From NCBI GenBank assembly GCA_049514215.1, contig JBEKVI010000021.1:1-64000 (forward strand): DNA of 64,000 nucleotides, read 5' to 3'. Made by a program: the position numbers and the translations under genes. Under the pieces are notes generated by a model, which saw only the letters and a program-made list of their open reading frames with translations, ran no database searches and had not been told where the DNA came from. This document shows positions 1 through 9,064 of the stretch, piece after piece; within the stretch, counting starts at the first letter, position 1; every line of letters starts with the position of its first letter. The DNA is from Burkholderiaceae bacterium (lineage in GTDB: Bacteria; Pseudomonadota; Gammaproteobacteria; Burkholderiales; Burkholderiaceae_D).

Positions 1-1965
1 GATTCCCTGCGTGGTCGCATCGCCGAAATTGACGGGTTGCGAAACCCAGCGCGGGAACTTCGAATAGACGACCGTCTCAAGCGTGGTGACGTTGCGCATG
101 AGATCGTGGATATCGCGATCGAATACGCTAATCGACATGACGCCGCTGTGGAAATCGTAGTGTTCCAGGGCAATGTCCAGACCGGTGGCGAGTTCGGGCT
201 TCAGATGGGGATTGCCCACCGTGTCGGGCGCCGAGGCGACGTTGGTCCCGGTGACGGGATAGAGCGTGGTCACGCTTGGCAGCGCGATGAGCTGCTGCAG
301 CGTGGGCGCCCGGTAGCTGCGCGTGACGCTGATGCGTAACTGGTCGCGGTCCGGTTCGTCGAAGCGCCAGACGGCATGCGCCAACGGCGTGAGGACATCG
401 CTTGTGTTGGTGACCTGATTTAAGGCGTTATCGCTGGTCGTCGTGATTCCTTCCCAGCGCAGTCCCAGTTCGGCCGCCCAATGCTCGAATGGCGACCAGT
501 CATCCTGCAGGTAGGCGGCCGAGCGCATGACCGATGCCTGAACGTCAGCGCCGAATGCCGCAAGGAGCGGCACGCCGTTTTGAATCGTGGAGGCCGACTC
601 GTTGCGATTGAGATTCTCCAGCTCCGCGCCCGTCACGAACGTCTGGGTCGGCGAGAGCCGTGTGGTCACCTTGCCTGTCAACTGCCAGGACACGTCGTGA
701 ATGTCGCTCAGTGCGAGCTGGGTGAGCGCGCGTGCGCCGTCGGATTCCAATTCGTCGATGAGCGAATTGGTCTCTGACTCGAAGGCCCCGACGTAGCTAT
801 GAATCTCGAGCTTGGTGTCATGCCCCAGGGGCTTGACCCATTGCAGCTGAACGCGTTCCAGGGCCGAGTGCGCCCCACCCGTGGTTAGACTGGTGGCGTA
901 AGGAGGAAGCGAGAGTCCGACAGGCTGGTAGAGCGTGCCGTCGATCTGGTTCTGGCTCTTGGAGAGCGTGAAAAACGGCTGCAGCGTCAGCTGTTCTCCG
1001 CCGCCTAGCTGCCACTGCAGGCGTGAGGTGAAATGGACATTATCGCGTCGGCCGACCTGCTCGGTGTTGACGTCCTGCTCCAGCTGCGTGGCGCCCGTAG
1101 TCGCATTGGTGAAATCGTAGCGCGTGAGCGTATCCGTCAGAAAGTTCGTCTGGGCCACCGACAAGGTGATGTTGTAAGTCCCATGTTCGCCCATGATGTC
1201 ATTGCGGATCCACGAGACATTCGACTGGCCGCGGCCGGCTTCGTCGCCGAGCTGGACGCGCACTTCGTTGATGTGCGTGCGCAGCGCTTCGCGCAGCACG
1301 ATATTGATCGTTCCCGCGATCGCCCGTGCTCCGGTTTCCGCCGTGGGGGCGCGATAGATCTCGATGCGTTCGACCTGATCGGGCATGAGCTGGTCGATCG
1401 AGAAGCCCGGTGGCACGCGTTCCCCGTTGATGAGGATCTGCGTATAGCCGTGCCCCATGCCGCGCATGACGATACTGCCGCCGCGGCGGGCCCGGCCCAC
1501 GATCGAAATGCCCGGGAGGCGCTTGAGGACCTCGTCGAGCGTCGAGTCACCGAAGCGTTCGATTTCCTCGCGCCCGATGACGATCTTCGCGGCCGTCGAC
1601 TCGCGGCGCTGATCGGCGTCGGATTTCACCCCGGTGATGTCGATCTGCTCCAGAGGTTGGCCTGGCTGGACCTTGCCATGGGATTCCTCGTTCTCGCCAG
1701 ACGGAGTCGGCTCCTCGTTCATCTCCGGATTGCCCGGCGGATTGCCTGCCGGCGGCCCGCCGGGCGCGGTTCCGGGGATGCCACCCGTATCCGGCGCGCC
1801 ACTTGAAGCGGGGCTGCCTGGAGTGTCGCCAGGCGGTGCGGCTTCGACGTTTCCCGCGTACAAGGCCAAGGTAACGGCACCCCCTACGAGGACCAAGGCA
1901 GCATCCAGGCGAGTGCGCTTGGGATCTTGGGGAGTTGCAGACTGGCGGATCCGGCCGGGCCTCAT
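1..1965 (-). CDS. TonB-dependent outer-membrane receptor; only the N-terminal part is in the window (gene runs off the 5' window edge)
   Basis: Uninterrupted minus-strand frame from ATG (revcomp of cat at 1963-1965) to position 1; not in the ORF track because no stop lies in the window. My translation gives a signal peptide (MRPGRIRQ..ALVLVGGAVTLALYAGNVEA), a TonB-box-like DITGV, plug-domain motifs (GGSIVMRGMGHGYTQILINGERV; ERIEIYRAPTAETGARAIAGTINIVLR), then beta-barrel-like repeats. Confidence 0.8.
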   Translation of the reverse strand, partial: MRPGRIRQSATPQDPKRTRLDAALVLVGGAVTLALYAGNVEAAPPGDTPGSPASSGAPDTGGIPGTAPGGPPAGNPPGNPEMNEEPTPSGENEESHGKVQPGQPLEQIDITGVKSDADQRRESTAAKIVIGREEIERFGDSTLDEVLKRLPGISIVGRARRGGSIVMRGMGHGYTQILINGERVPPGFSIDQLMPDQVERIEIYRAPTAETGARAIAGTINIVLREALRTHINEVRVQLGDEAGRGQSNVSWIRNDIMGEHGTYNITLSVAQTNFLTDTLTRYDFTNATTGATQLEQDVNTEQVGRRDNVHFTSRLQWQLGGGEQLTLQPFFTLSKSQNQIDGTLYQPVGLSLPPYATSLTTGGAHSALERVQLQWVKPLGHDTKLEIHSYVGAFESETNSLIDELESDGARALTQLALSDIHDVSWQLTGKVTTRLSPTQTFVTGAELENLNRNESASTIQNGVPLLAAFGADVQASVMRSAAYLQDDWSPFEHWAAELGLRWEGITTTSDNALNQVTNTSDVLTPLAHAVWRFDEPDRDQLRISVTRSYRAPTLQQLIALPSVTTLYPVTGTNVASAPDTVGNPHLKPELATGLDIALEHYDFHSGVMSISVFDRDIHDLMRNVTTLETVVYSKFPRWVSQPVNFGDATTQGI

Positions 1966-2313
1966 CCGGGTGGTTGGCGGCGCGAACGGATCACCGGAGG
2001 AAGGGGGCTTGAACAAGGATCTCTGGCTGGACTGGGTTGCCGGGTCGCGTCATTTGCGCATTGAAATTCGCAGCGAGTGTGCCCGAGACGCGCGTCTGAA
2101 TGATCACAACGAAGGGCTGGTCTGTCATCAAATCTCACGGCGAGCCCAAGAGGGGCTTCCAAGCGAAGAAGCGCGTGCTGGAATAAAATAGCGTTTTTGG
2201 AGCGCAAGCGGGGACCGCCTCGACTGCGCCCGCCCACCTCCGATCGATACTGCGGCCGTCACCCGCCTGTCTTGCCCGCGCCGCCGCGGTGTCCCTCCAA
2301 GAGAGCCTTCTAC

Positions 2314-3567
2314 ATGAGCACAACGGTTTCAAGTCTTCGTCCAGCGGGCGCCCCGCCGTCGGAGACCACGGGGTTTGGCGTCCTTGGGGCGCTCAGTTTC
2401 TCGCATTTCCTCAACGACATGATGCAGTCGTTGATCCTTGCAATCTATCCGCTGCTCAAGGGCGACTTTAGCCTCAGCTTCGCGCAAATCGGTCTCATCA
2501 CGCTGACCTATCAGGTGACCGCCTCGTTGTTGCAACCGATCGTGGGGCTCTACACCGACAAGCACCCGAAGCCCTATTCGCTGTCGATCGGCATGGGATT
2601 CACCCTGATTGGGTTAGTCGCCCTCTCGATGGCACCGAATTTCGAGACCGTGCTCCTGGCGGCCGCCTTGGTTGGGACCGGCTCATCCATCTTCCATCCG
2701 GAATCCTCACGGGTCGCCCGCATGGCCTCGGGAGGCCGCCATGGCCTTGCCCAGTCGCTGTTTCAGGTCGGAGGGAATGCAGGCAGCGCGATGGGGCCGC
2801 TTTTGGCGGCATGGATCATCATTCCCCACGGGCGGCCGAGCCTGGCCTGGTTTTCGTTGGCGGCCCTGTTGGCCATGATCGTGCTGTTTCAGGTGGGAAC
2901 CTGGTACAAGCACAGCCGCCAGGCGGCGCGCGCGAAGACGGCAACGCCGCGTCCGATGCTGGTTTTGCCCCGCTCGAAGGTCATGCTCTCGGTGGGCGTG
3001 CTTTTGGTGCTCGTCTTCTCCAAGTACTTTTATCTGGCGAGCCTGAACAGCTACTACACGTTCTACCTGATGCACCGATTCCAGCTCTCGGTACAGGCCG
3101 CTCAGATCTATCTGTTCGCGTTTCTCTTCGCTGCGGCCGTGGGGACTTTGGTTGGAGGTCCGGTCGGTGACCGGATCGGCCGCAAATACGTCATCTGGGG
3201 CTCGATTCTGGGTGTCGCACCCTTTACGCTCGCGCTTCCCTACGCGAACCTCTTCTGGACGGCGGTCCTGACGATTATTATTGGTCTGATCATCGCTTCG
3301 GCGTTCTCGGCAATCGTGGTCTATGCCCAGGAACTGATTCCCGGCAAGGTCGGAACGGTCTCCGGACTTTTCTTTGGGTTCGCCTTCGGCATGGGTGGGG
3401 TCGGGGCGGCCGTCCTCGGGAAACTGATCGATCTGACGGATATCACCTTTGTTTATCGGCTCTGCGCTTTCTTGCCCCTGATCGGTTTGGTCACAGCTCT
3501 CCTGCCCGACCTCGAGCGCGCCAAAACCACCACGGCCGCCAAGGGGGCAGGCAGCGCTGCGGTCTAG
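2314..3567 (+). CDS. fsr: MFS transporter, fosmidomycin-resistance (Fsr) family
   Basis: Internal Met (MSTTVSS) of ORF 2197..3567. FSHFLNDMMQSLILAIYPLLKGDFSLSFAQIGLITLTYQ...HPESSRVARMASGGRHGLAQSLFQVGGN..YVIWGSILGVAPFTL is near-colinear with E. coli Fsr from memory. Confidence 0.85.
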   Translation: MSTTVSSLRPAGAPPSETTGFGVLGALSFSHFLNDMMQSLILAIYPLLKGDFSLSFAQIGLITLTYQVTASLLQPIVGLYTDKHPKPYSLSIGMGFTLIGLVALSMAPNFETVLLAAALVGTGSSIFHPESSRVARMASGGRHGLAQSLFQVGGNAGSAMGPLLAAWIIIPHGRPSLAWFSLAALLAMIVLFQVGTWYKHSRQAARAKTATPRPMLVLPRSKVMLSVGVLLVLVFSKYFYLASLNSYYTFYLMHRFQLSVQAAQIYLFAFLFAAAVGTLVGGPVGDRIGRKYVIWGSILGVAPFTLALPYANLFWTAVLTIIIGLIIASAFSAIVVYAQELIPGKVGTVSGLFFGFAFGMGGVGAAVLGKLIDLTDITFVYRLCAFLPLIGLVTALLPDLERAKTTTAAKGAGSAAV

Positions 3568-4517
3568 AGGCGCCGAGCCCAGGCGGCCGCCGCTTGCGGC
3601 GCGAGCAGATAGCCGCGCGAGCCGAAACGACCCAGGTGCGCAAGCCCTAATGGAAGGTCGGCGCTCTCGAGCCTGACGCCGTGCCAGCGCAACTTCGGGG
3701 TGAGCGGCTTCTGAAACACGTCTTGGCAACGCTCGATGAGGCGTTCGTAGGCGGTAAGGCTCTCGCTTTCCGATGGGAAATGCTTGAACTGGGCTTCGGT
3801 GGTCGACCCGACGATGCTGCCCTCGCGATGGGGCGCGCAGTACAGTCCGTAGGAGAGCGCCTCCTCGGAGAGGCGCTCTCGGGTGAGGAGCACGCTGCCG
3901 GGCCGAAATCGGGCATTGGCTCCGATCTGCGCGGCGCCTCGCGCGCCGCCGCACCACAGAAGCGTGCGACCGACGATGGTCCGGCCGTCGTCCAGCATCA
4001 ATTGGTTTTGCGCGACGTCGATGCGAGCGACGCGGGCCTGCATGAACTTTGCCGCGCTGGCCTTACGCAGAGCATCGAGTAAAGGCGCCGTCTCCACCCA
4101 ACCGGAATCGGGAAGGTAGAGGGTCGCGACCCAGTCCCCGCGGACGACAGACCGTATTTTCTCCCCGCTCTCCCACGCGTGGCGGACACGATCCCTCAAG
4201 ATCGCGGCCCATTCGTCGCGCTGCGTGGTCTCAGGCACGGGTCGCCAGAGCCCGCGCCCGAAGGCCAGACGATGGCCCTCCACCCGGAGCGCCTCGATGA
4301 GTTCGAAGGTCGTTCTTGCGCCTTCGATGTCGAGCGGCGAGAGCCGCGCACGATAGCCCCTGACCGGGTTAATCAGCGCCGTGGGGACGTGGCTTGCGCA
4401 GTCGAGCCCGGAGTCGATGACAAGACAGCGGCGATTCCGACGCGAGGCGAAGTAGGCCGCAGACAGGCCGGCGATACCGGCTCCGACGATCACGACGTCG
4501 GCATCGCTTGCGTGCAT
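3564..4517 (-). CDS. mnmC: FAD-dependent oxidase, MnmC C-terminal (DAO) domain homolog
   Basis: Start at MHASDADVVIVGAGIAGLSAAYF (Rossmann GxGxxG). DAO-type fold. Lies immediately downstream of the MnmC methyltransferase-domain ORF. Confidence 0.7.
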   Translation of the reverse strand: MHASDADVVIVGAGIAGLSAAYFASRRNRRCLVIDSGLDCASHVPTALINPVRGYRARLSPLDIEGARTTFELIEALRVEGHRLAFGRGLWRPVPETTQRDEWAAILRDRVRHAWESGEKIRSVVRGDWVATLYLPDSGWVETAPLLDALRKASAAKFMQARVARIDVAQNQLMLDDGRTIVGRTLLWCGGARGAAQIGANARFRPGSVLLTRERLSEEALSYGLYCAPHREGSIVGSTTEAQFKHFPSESESLTAYERLIERCQDVFQKPLTPKLRWHGVRLESADLPLGLAHLGRFGSRGYLLAPQAAAAWARRL

Positions 4518-4530
4518 GGAAGCACGGCTC

Positions 4531-5226
4531 CTAGGTTTTTTGGGCGCGCAACCATTCGCGCTTGCCCGGCAGACCTTCGCAGCGCTCGACTTCGAGCCCC
4601 GCGGCGGACAGTGCCCGGCGCACCTCTCCGGCGGCGCTATAGGTGGCAATCCAGCCCGAAGGCCGCAGACAACGGGCAAGTCGGCACACGAACGCGGGCG
4701 TCCACAGTTCGGGATTCACCTTCCTCGAGAATCCATCCAGATAGACCGCATCGGCCCATGCGGTCGGAAGCAGCGCCGAAGTCGCATCGGAAAAAATGAC
4801 CCGCAGCCGTCGCTCGCCAATCTCGAGCTCCACGGGTTGGTGTTCGCAACCGGGCGATTTCGACTCGCGCGGCCAGGCGTCGATGAGCGCCTGCCAGAGG
4901 GGCTCGTTTGTGCCGGGATGAGACTGTGCGCAGGCGGCCAGGACCGCGGCCGGCTGCGGATCGAATTCGTAGGCCAGATAGTCCAGAGCGCTCTTGCGCG
5001 CGGTCACATCGGCGAGCGTGACTAAGAAATTCAAGCCCAGGCCGAATCCGATTTCCAGGACGTGCGCATGGGCACAGCGATCGAGCTGGGTCCCCCCAAG
5101 AAAGACGGTGCGCGCCTGCGTGAGGGCTCCAAAGCGGCTGTGATAGTGCTCGCCAAAGCGCGAGGAGAAGCGTGTCGTGCTCCCATCGGCGGTTGGCTCG
5201 AACTCCGCCGTGGGATCGAGGACCAC
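4531..5226 (-). CDS. mnmC: tRNA mnm5s2U34 methyltransferase domain, MnmC N-terminal domain homolog (separate ORF)
   Basis: 231 aa with a SAM-MTase-like core (HVLEIGFGLGLNF...VYLDGFSRKVNPELWT). Stop at 4531-4533; the next ORF starts 14 nt downstream in a different frame. Confidence 0.65.
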   Translation of the reverse strand: MVLDPTAEFEPTADGSTTRFSSRFGEHYHSRFGALTQARTVFLGGTQLDRCAHAHVLEIGFGLGLNFLVTLADVTARKSALDYLAYEFDPQPAAVLAACAQSHPGTNEPLWQALIDAWPRESKSPGCEHQPVELEIGERRLRVIFSDATSALLPTAWADAVYLDGFSRKVNPELWTPAFVCRLARCLRPSGWIATYSAAGEVRRALSAAGLEVERCEGLPGKREWLRAQKT

Positions 5227-5227
5227 C

Positions 5228-6754
5228 TCAATCCTCGGCCCGCAGATGCGGAAAGAGAATGACGTCGCGAATGTTGGGCGAGTCGGTCAAAAGCATCACG
5301 ATCCGGTCGATCCCCACACCACAACCTCCGGTCGGAGGCAGCCCGTACTCGAGAGCACGGATGTAGTCGGCGTCGAAGAACATCGCCTCCTCGTCTCCGG
5401 CCTCCTTGGCCAGAACCTGCTTTCTGAAGCGTTCGGCCTGATCCTCGGGGTCGTTGAGTTCGGAGAAGCCATTGGCCATTTCCCGACCCGAGATGAAGAG
5501 CTCGAAGCGGTCGGTGAGTTCGGGGTTCTGATCGGACGCCCGCGCCAGCGGCGAGACCTCGGCCGGGTAGTCCATGATGAACGTGGGGTTCCACAGATGG
5601 GCTTCGGCCACCGCCTCAAACAGGGCCAGCTGCAGCGCACCGGCTCCTGCGTTGCGCAACGCCGGCGCTTCGAGACGGGTATGGTGACGCTTCAGTTCCG
5701 CCCGCAAGAACGCCGCGTCGTCGAGTTGAGCGTCGTGGTATTCGGGCGCATGCCGCAAAATCGCCTCGCGGATGGTCAGACGCTCGAAGGGTCGCTCCAG
5801 GTCAAGCTCGCGCCCCTGGTACTGGATCACGGCGTGACCGAGGGTGTCGAGTGCGGCCTGGCGGATGAGCCCTTCGGTGAAGTCCATGATCCAGCGATAG
5901 TCCGCGTAGGCGGCATAGAACTCGAGCATCGTGAACTCGGGATTGTGGCGCGGAGACGTGCCTTCATTGCGGAAATTGCGGTTGATCTCGAAGACCCTCT
6001 CGAAGCCGCCCACCACGAGGCGCTTGAGGTAGAGCTCGGGGGCGATGCGCAGGTACATCTGCATGTCGAGCGCATTGTGATGCGTGACGAAAGGACGCGC
6101 GGCCGCGCCACCGGCGATGGGATGCAGCATCGGCGTCTCCACCTCCAAGAAGGCGTGGCGGTCCATGTAGCTGCGAATCGAAGCGATCGCCCGGGAGCGC
6201 GCGACAAACGTGCGGCGCGTCGACTCCTCGACGATGAGATCGACGTAGCGCTGACGGTAACGCAGTTCCTGGTCGGCGATGCCGTGAAATTTGTCCGGAA
6301 GCGGTCGCAGCGCCTTGACCAGAAGGCGAAGGCTCTCGACCTTGACCGAAAGCTCGCCCGTGCGGGTCTTAAAGAGGGTCCCGGTCGCCCCGACGATATC
6401 GCCCAGATCCCAGTGCTTGAATTCACCATAGGCCTCGCTTCCCAATGCGTCGGCCGTGACATAGAGCTGGATGCGTCCGGTGACGTCCTGGATAGTCGCA
6501 AAGCTGGCCTTGCCCATGACCCGTTTGAGCATGATCCGCCCTGCCACACACACCGCATGCGGAGTCTCGCCCAGCGCTTCGGCCGGCACTTCGCCGAATT
6601 GGGCATGGAGTGCATGGGCCTTGTGTGTCGGGACGAAATCATTGGGATAGGCAATGCCTTCGCGCCGCATCTGGGCGAGCTTGGCGCGCCGTTCGGCGAT
6701 GATCTGGTTATCGTCCAACGAGGAAGGCTCTCTCGGGGGAATGGAGGTGCTCAT
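5228..6754 (-). CDS. lysS: Lysyl-tRNA synthetase, class II
   Basis: 508 aa, colinear with E. coli LysS ([19 protein letters not shown]..., [35 protein letters not shown]). Confidence 0.95.
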   Translation of the reverse strand: MSTSIPPREPSSLDDNQIIAERRAKLAQMRREGIAYPNDFVPTHKAHALHAQFGEVPAEALGETPHAVCVAGRIMLKRVMGKASFATIQDVTGRIQLYVTADALGSEAYGEFKHWDLGDIVGATGTLFKTRTGELSVKVESLRLLVKALRPLPDKFHGIADQELRYRQRYVDLIVEESTRRTFVARSRAIASIRSYMDRHAFLEVETPMLHPIAGGAAARPFVTHHNALDMQMYLRIAPELYLKRLVVGGFERVFEINRNFRNEGTSPRHNPEFTMLEFYAAYADYRWIMDFTEGLIRQAALDTLGHAVIQYQGRELDLERPFERLTIREAILRHAPEYHDAQLDDAAFLRAELKRHHTRLEAPALRNAGAGALQLALFEAVAEAHLWNPTFIMDYPAEVSPLARASDQNPELTDRFELFISGREMANGFSELNDPEDQAERFRKQVLAKEAGDEEAMFFDADYIRALEYGLPPTGGCGVGIDRIVMLLTDSPNIRDVILFPHLRAED

Positions 6755-7530
6755 GAGTGCGCAGTAGGAGGAGAGGGGCTGGAGTGATTGCGCAGGTCGT
6801 CGATTTCGTTTTGACCGAAATCCGCGCGGCCGATGAATTCGAGGATGCGTTTTGCGACGTCAGACGCCTGAGCGAGCTGATTGCCGGCCTTCATCGCACG
6901 AAAGCGCTCAACGTTGGGGAAATCGCCCTGGTCCTGACCGCGAATCTGCGTTTGCATCTCGGTATCGATGACTCCCGGGGCCAGCGAGACAATGAGCGCC
7001 GGATTCGGTTGTGTAGCCTGTTCGAGCTTGACGCAGCGCGAGAACATGTCGAGCGCCGCCTTGGTGGCGCAGTACGCGCTCCAGCCCTGGTAGGGATTGC
7101 GCGCGGCACCCGAGGAGATATTCACGATACGACGCGCACCGCTAAACGTCTCGGTCGCCTTCAGAAAGCGCGACGTGAAGATCATGGCGGCCGTCACGTT
7201 CAAGTTGAACGCCATGGCCAACTCATCGCTGGGAAGGTTGGACGCCTGTGCGACCGGCCCCACCATGCCCGCATTGTTGATGAGCACAAGGCGCAGTGCC
7301 TTTTCGTCGAGCTCGTCGCAGATCGACTGGGCGAGCATGTCGGTGGCTTCGATCTGGCTGAGGTCCTGCAGATAGTAGTCGAGCCATCCCGAGGCGTTCT
7401 GGGCTTTCTCTTCCAGCGCGCGATTGGGGCCGCGCGCAACGCAGATCACGCGCCGCTCGGGCGAGATGAGCTCCTCGGCAAGCGCGGCTCCCAGGCCGCG
7501 CGAGGTGCCGGTAACGATGAACACTTCCAT
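6751..7530 (-). CDS. Short-chain dehydrogenase/reductase (SDR) family oxidoreductase
   Basis: [17 protein letters not shown] (TGxxxGxG), NNAG, YxxxK (YCATK). Stop overlaps the lysS start codon (ATGA). AGGAGG RBS upstream. Confidence 0.8.
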   Translation of the reverse strand: MEVFIVTGTSRGLGAALAEELISPERRVICVARGPNRALEEKAQNASGWLDYYLQDLSQIEATDMLAQSICDELDEKALRLVLINNAGMVGPVAQASNLPSDELAMAFNLNVTAAMIFTSRFLKATETFSGARRIVNISSGAARNPYQGWSAYCATKAALDMFSRCVKLEQATQPNPALIVSLAPGVIDTEMQTQIRGQDQGDFPNVERFRAMKAGNQLAQASDVAKRILEFIGRADFGQNEIDDLRNHSSPSPPTAHS

Positions 7531-7558
7531 GGCACTCCTCCTGATGCGCGACAAAGCG

Positions 7559-8663
7559 CTAGACGCCCTGCTTTAGGCTGGCTGCGATAAAGGGATCGAG
7601 ATCGCCATCGAGGACCTTGCCGGTGTTGGAGATCTCCACATTGGTGCGCAAATCCTTGATGCGCGACTGGTCCAGCACGTAGCTGCGGATCTGATGCCCC
7701 CAGCCGACGTCGGTCTTGGACGCCTCGAGCTTGTCCTGCTCGGACTGGCGCTTGCGAATCTCGAGTTCATAGAGCTTCGATTTGAGCATCGCCATGGCCT
7801 CGGCCCGGTTGCGATGCTGCGAGCGATCATTTTGGCATTGAACGACGATGCCGCTGGGCAGGTGCGTGATGCGCACCGCCGAGTCGGTCTTGTTGATGTG
7901 CTGGCCGCCGGCGCCGGAAGCGCGAAAAGTGTCGATGCGCAGATCCGCCGGATTGATCTCGATCTCGATGGAATCGTCGACCTCGGGATAGACGAACACG
8001 CTTGCAAACGACGTATGGCGGCCGCCGGCCGAATCGAAAGGCGATTTGCGGACCAGTCGATGCACTCCGGTTTCCGTGCGCAGATACCCGTAAGCGTAGT
8101 CGCCCGAGACCTTGATGGTCGCGCTCTTGATTCCCGCGGTCTCGCCCTGGGATTCCTCGAGCAGTTCGGACTTGAAGCCCTTTCGCTCGGCATAGCGCAG
8201 GTACTGACGCTCGAGCATCGAAGCCCAGTCCTGGGCCTCGGTTCCGCCCGCGCCAGCCTGGATATCGATGAAGCAGTTCAAAGGGTCGGCGGGATTGGAG
8301 AACATCCGGCGAAATTCCATGCCTTCCACCGTTTCGCGCAACTTGGAGACGTCGGCTTCCACCGCCACGAGCGTGGCATCGTCGTCTTCAGCGCGTGCCA
8401 TCTCGAAAATCTCCGCTGCGTCATTTAACCCGGTGTCGAGTCCGCGCAGGTTCCCCACCACGTCCTCCAGGGCCTTCTTTTCTCGGCCCAGGTCCTGCGC
8501 GCGCTTGGGATCGTCCCAGACCTTGGGGTCTTCGAGAGCGTGTTGAACCTCGATCAGGCGATTAGCCCTGGTTTCGAAGTCAAAGATACCTCCGCAGTTC
8601 GCGCGCACGTGCGCGCAGGTCGTCTAAAGTCGATTCAATCAGGTTGAGGCGTTCGGCTTCCAT
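7559..8663 (-). CDS. prfB: Peptide chain release factor 2, with programmed +1 ribosomal frameshift
   Basis: Frame 0 reads [27 protein letters not shown] then CTT TGA C (minus strand, stop at 8580-8582). The +1 frame continues [12 protein letters not shown]... through the GGQ motif ([18 protein letters not shown]) and SPF motif. An AGG sits upstream of the shift site. Confidence 0.95.
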
Positions 8664-8736
8664 GGCGCTGGGTCTTCGGGAAACCGAAATTATAACCCCC
8701 GCGCGGCAGGCGCAGTTCTTTCGCTGCGGACTTCCG

Positions 8737-8979
8737 CTAACGGGTGCGTTTGGGCCGTCCCGGACGCCTTCGGGCGCTGCTCTTTTTGGGCTGCAGCGCG
8801 AGGGTGTCGTCGGCCGGATTCCAGGGCAGTCCGGTCCTTTGCTCAATGAAGCCGCGAATCAGTCGGCGAACGACCTGCGAGGGGGTCGTATCTTCATCGG
8901 CGCAAAGGCGTTCAAAGACCCCCTTCTTGCGCGGATCGATGAGGACCGTCAGGCGGGCAGTGCGATTTTCGATGGGCAT
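8737..8979 (-). CDS. Ribbon-helix-helix (CopG/Arc-like) DNA-binding protein with basic C-terminal tail
   Basis: MPIENRTARLTVLIDPRKKGVFERLCADEDTTPSQVVRRLIRGFIEQ fits an RHH beta-alpha-alpha fold. Tail is Arg/Lys-rich. No cognate toxin gene follows. Confidence 0.5.
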   Translation of the reverse strand: MPIENRTARLTVLIDPRKKGVFERLCADEDTTPSQVVRRLIRGFIEQRTGLPWNPADDTLALQPKKSSARRRPGRPKRTR

Positions 8980-9020
8980 GGTCGGCGCCTCGGTAGAACC
9001 TCTTGGGGGATGTTCATTGT

Positions 9021-9039
9021 ATGATAACTGGATTATCAT
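9021..9039. promoter_or_regulatory. AT-rich inverted repeat ATGATAA-N5-TTATCAT in the divergent RHH/sulP intergenic region (candidate operator)
   Basis: 7-bp perfect arms read from the sequence. Embedded in the only AT-rich stretch locally (9010-9055), just upstream of the GGAGG RBS and ATG of sulP. Hexamers resemble Fur-type TGATAA/TTATCA motifs. Confidence 0.35.
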
Positions 9040-9064
9040 CAAAGTTAAATATCATGGAGGTGGC

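Noticed and set aside
2707-3957. 416-aa minus-strand ORF
   Set aside because: Overlaps fsr and the mnmC oxidase in alternative frames. Arg-rich nonsense translation. The real genes are unambiguous.
5177-6787. 536-aa plus-strand ORF
   Set aside because: Lies entirely antisense to lysS. Translation is Arg/Gly/Val-rich with no domain-like motifs. Typical GC-rich antisense open frame.
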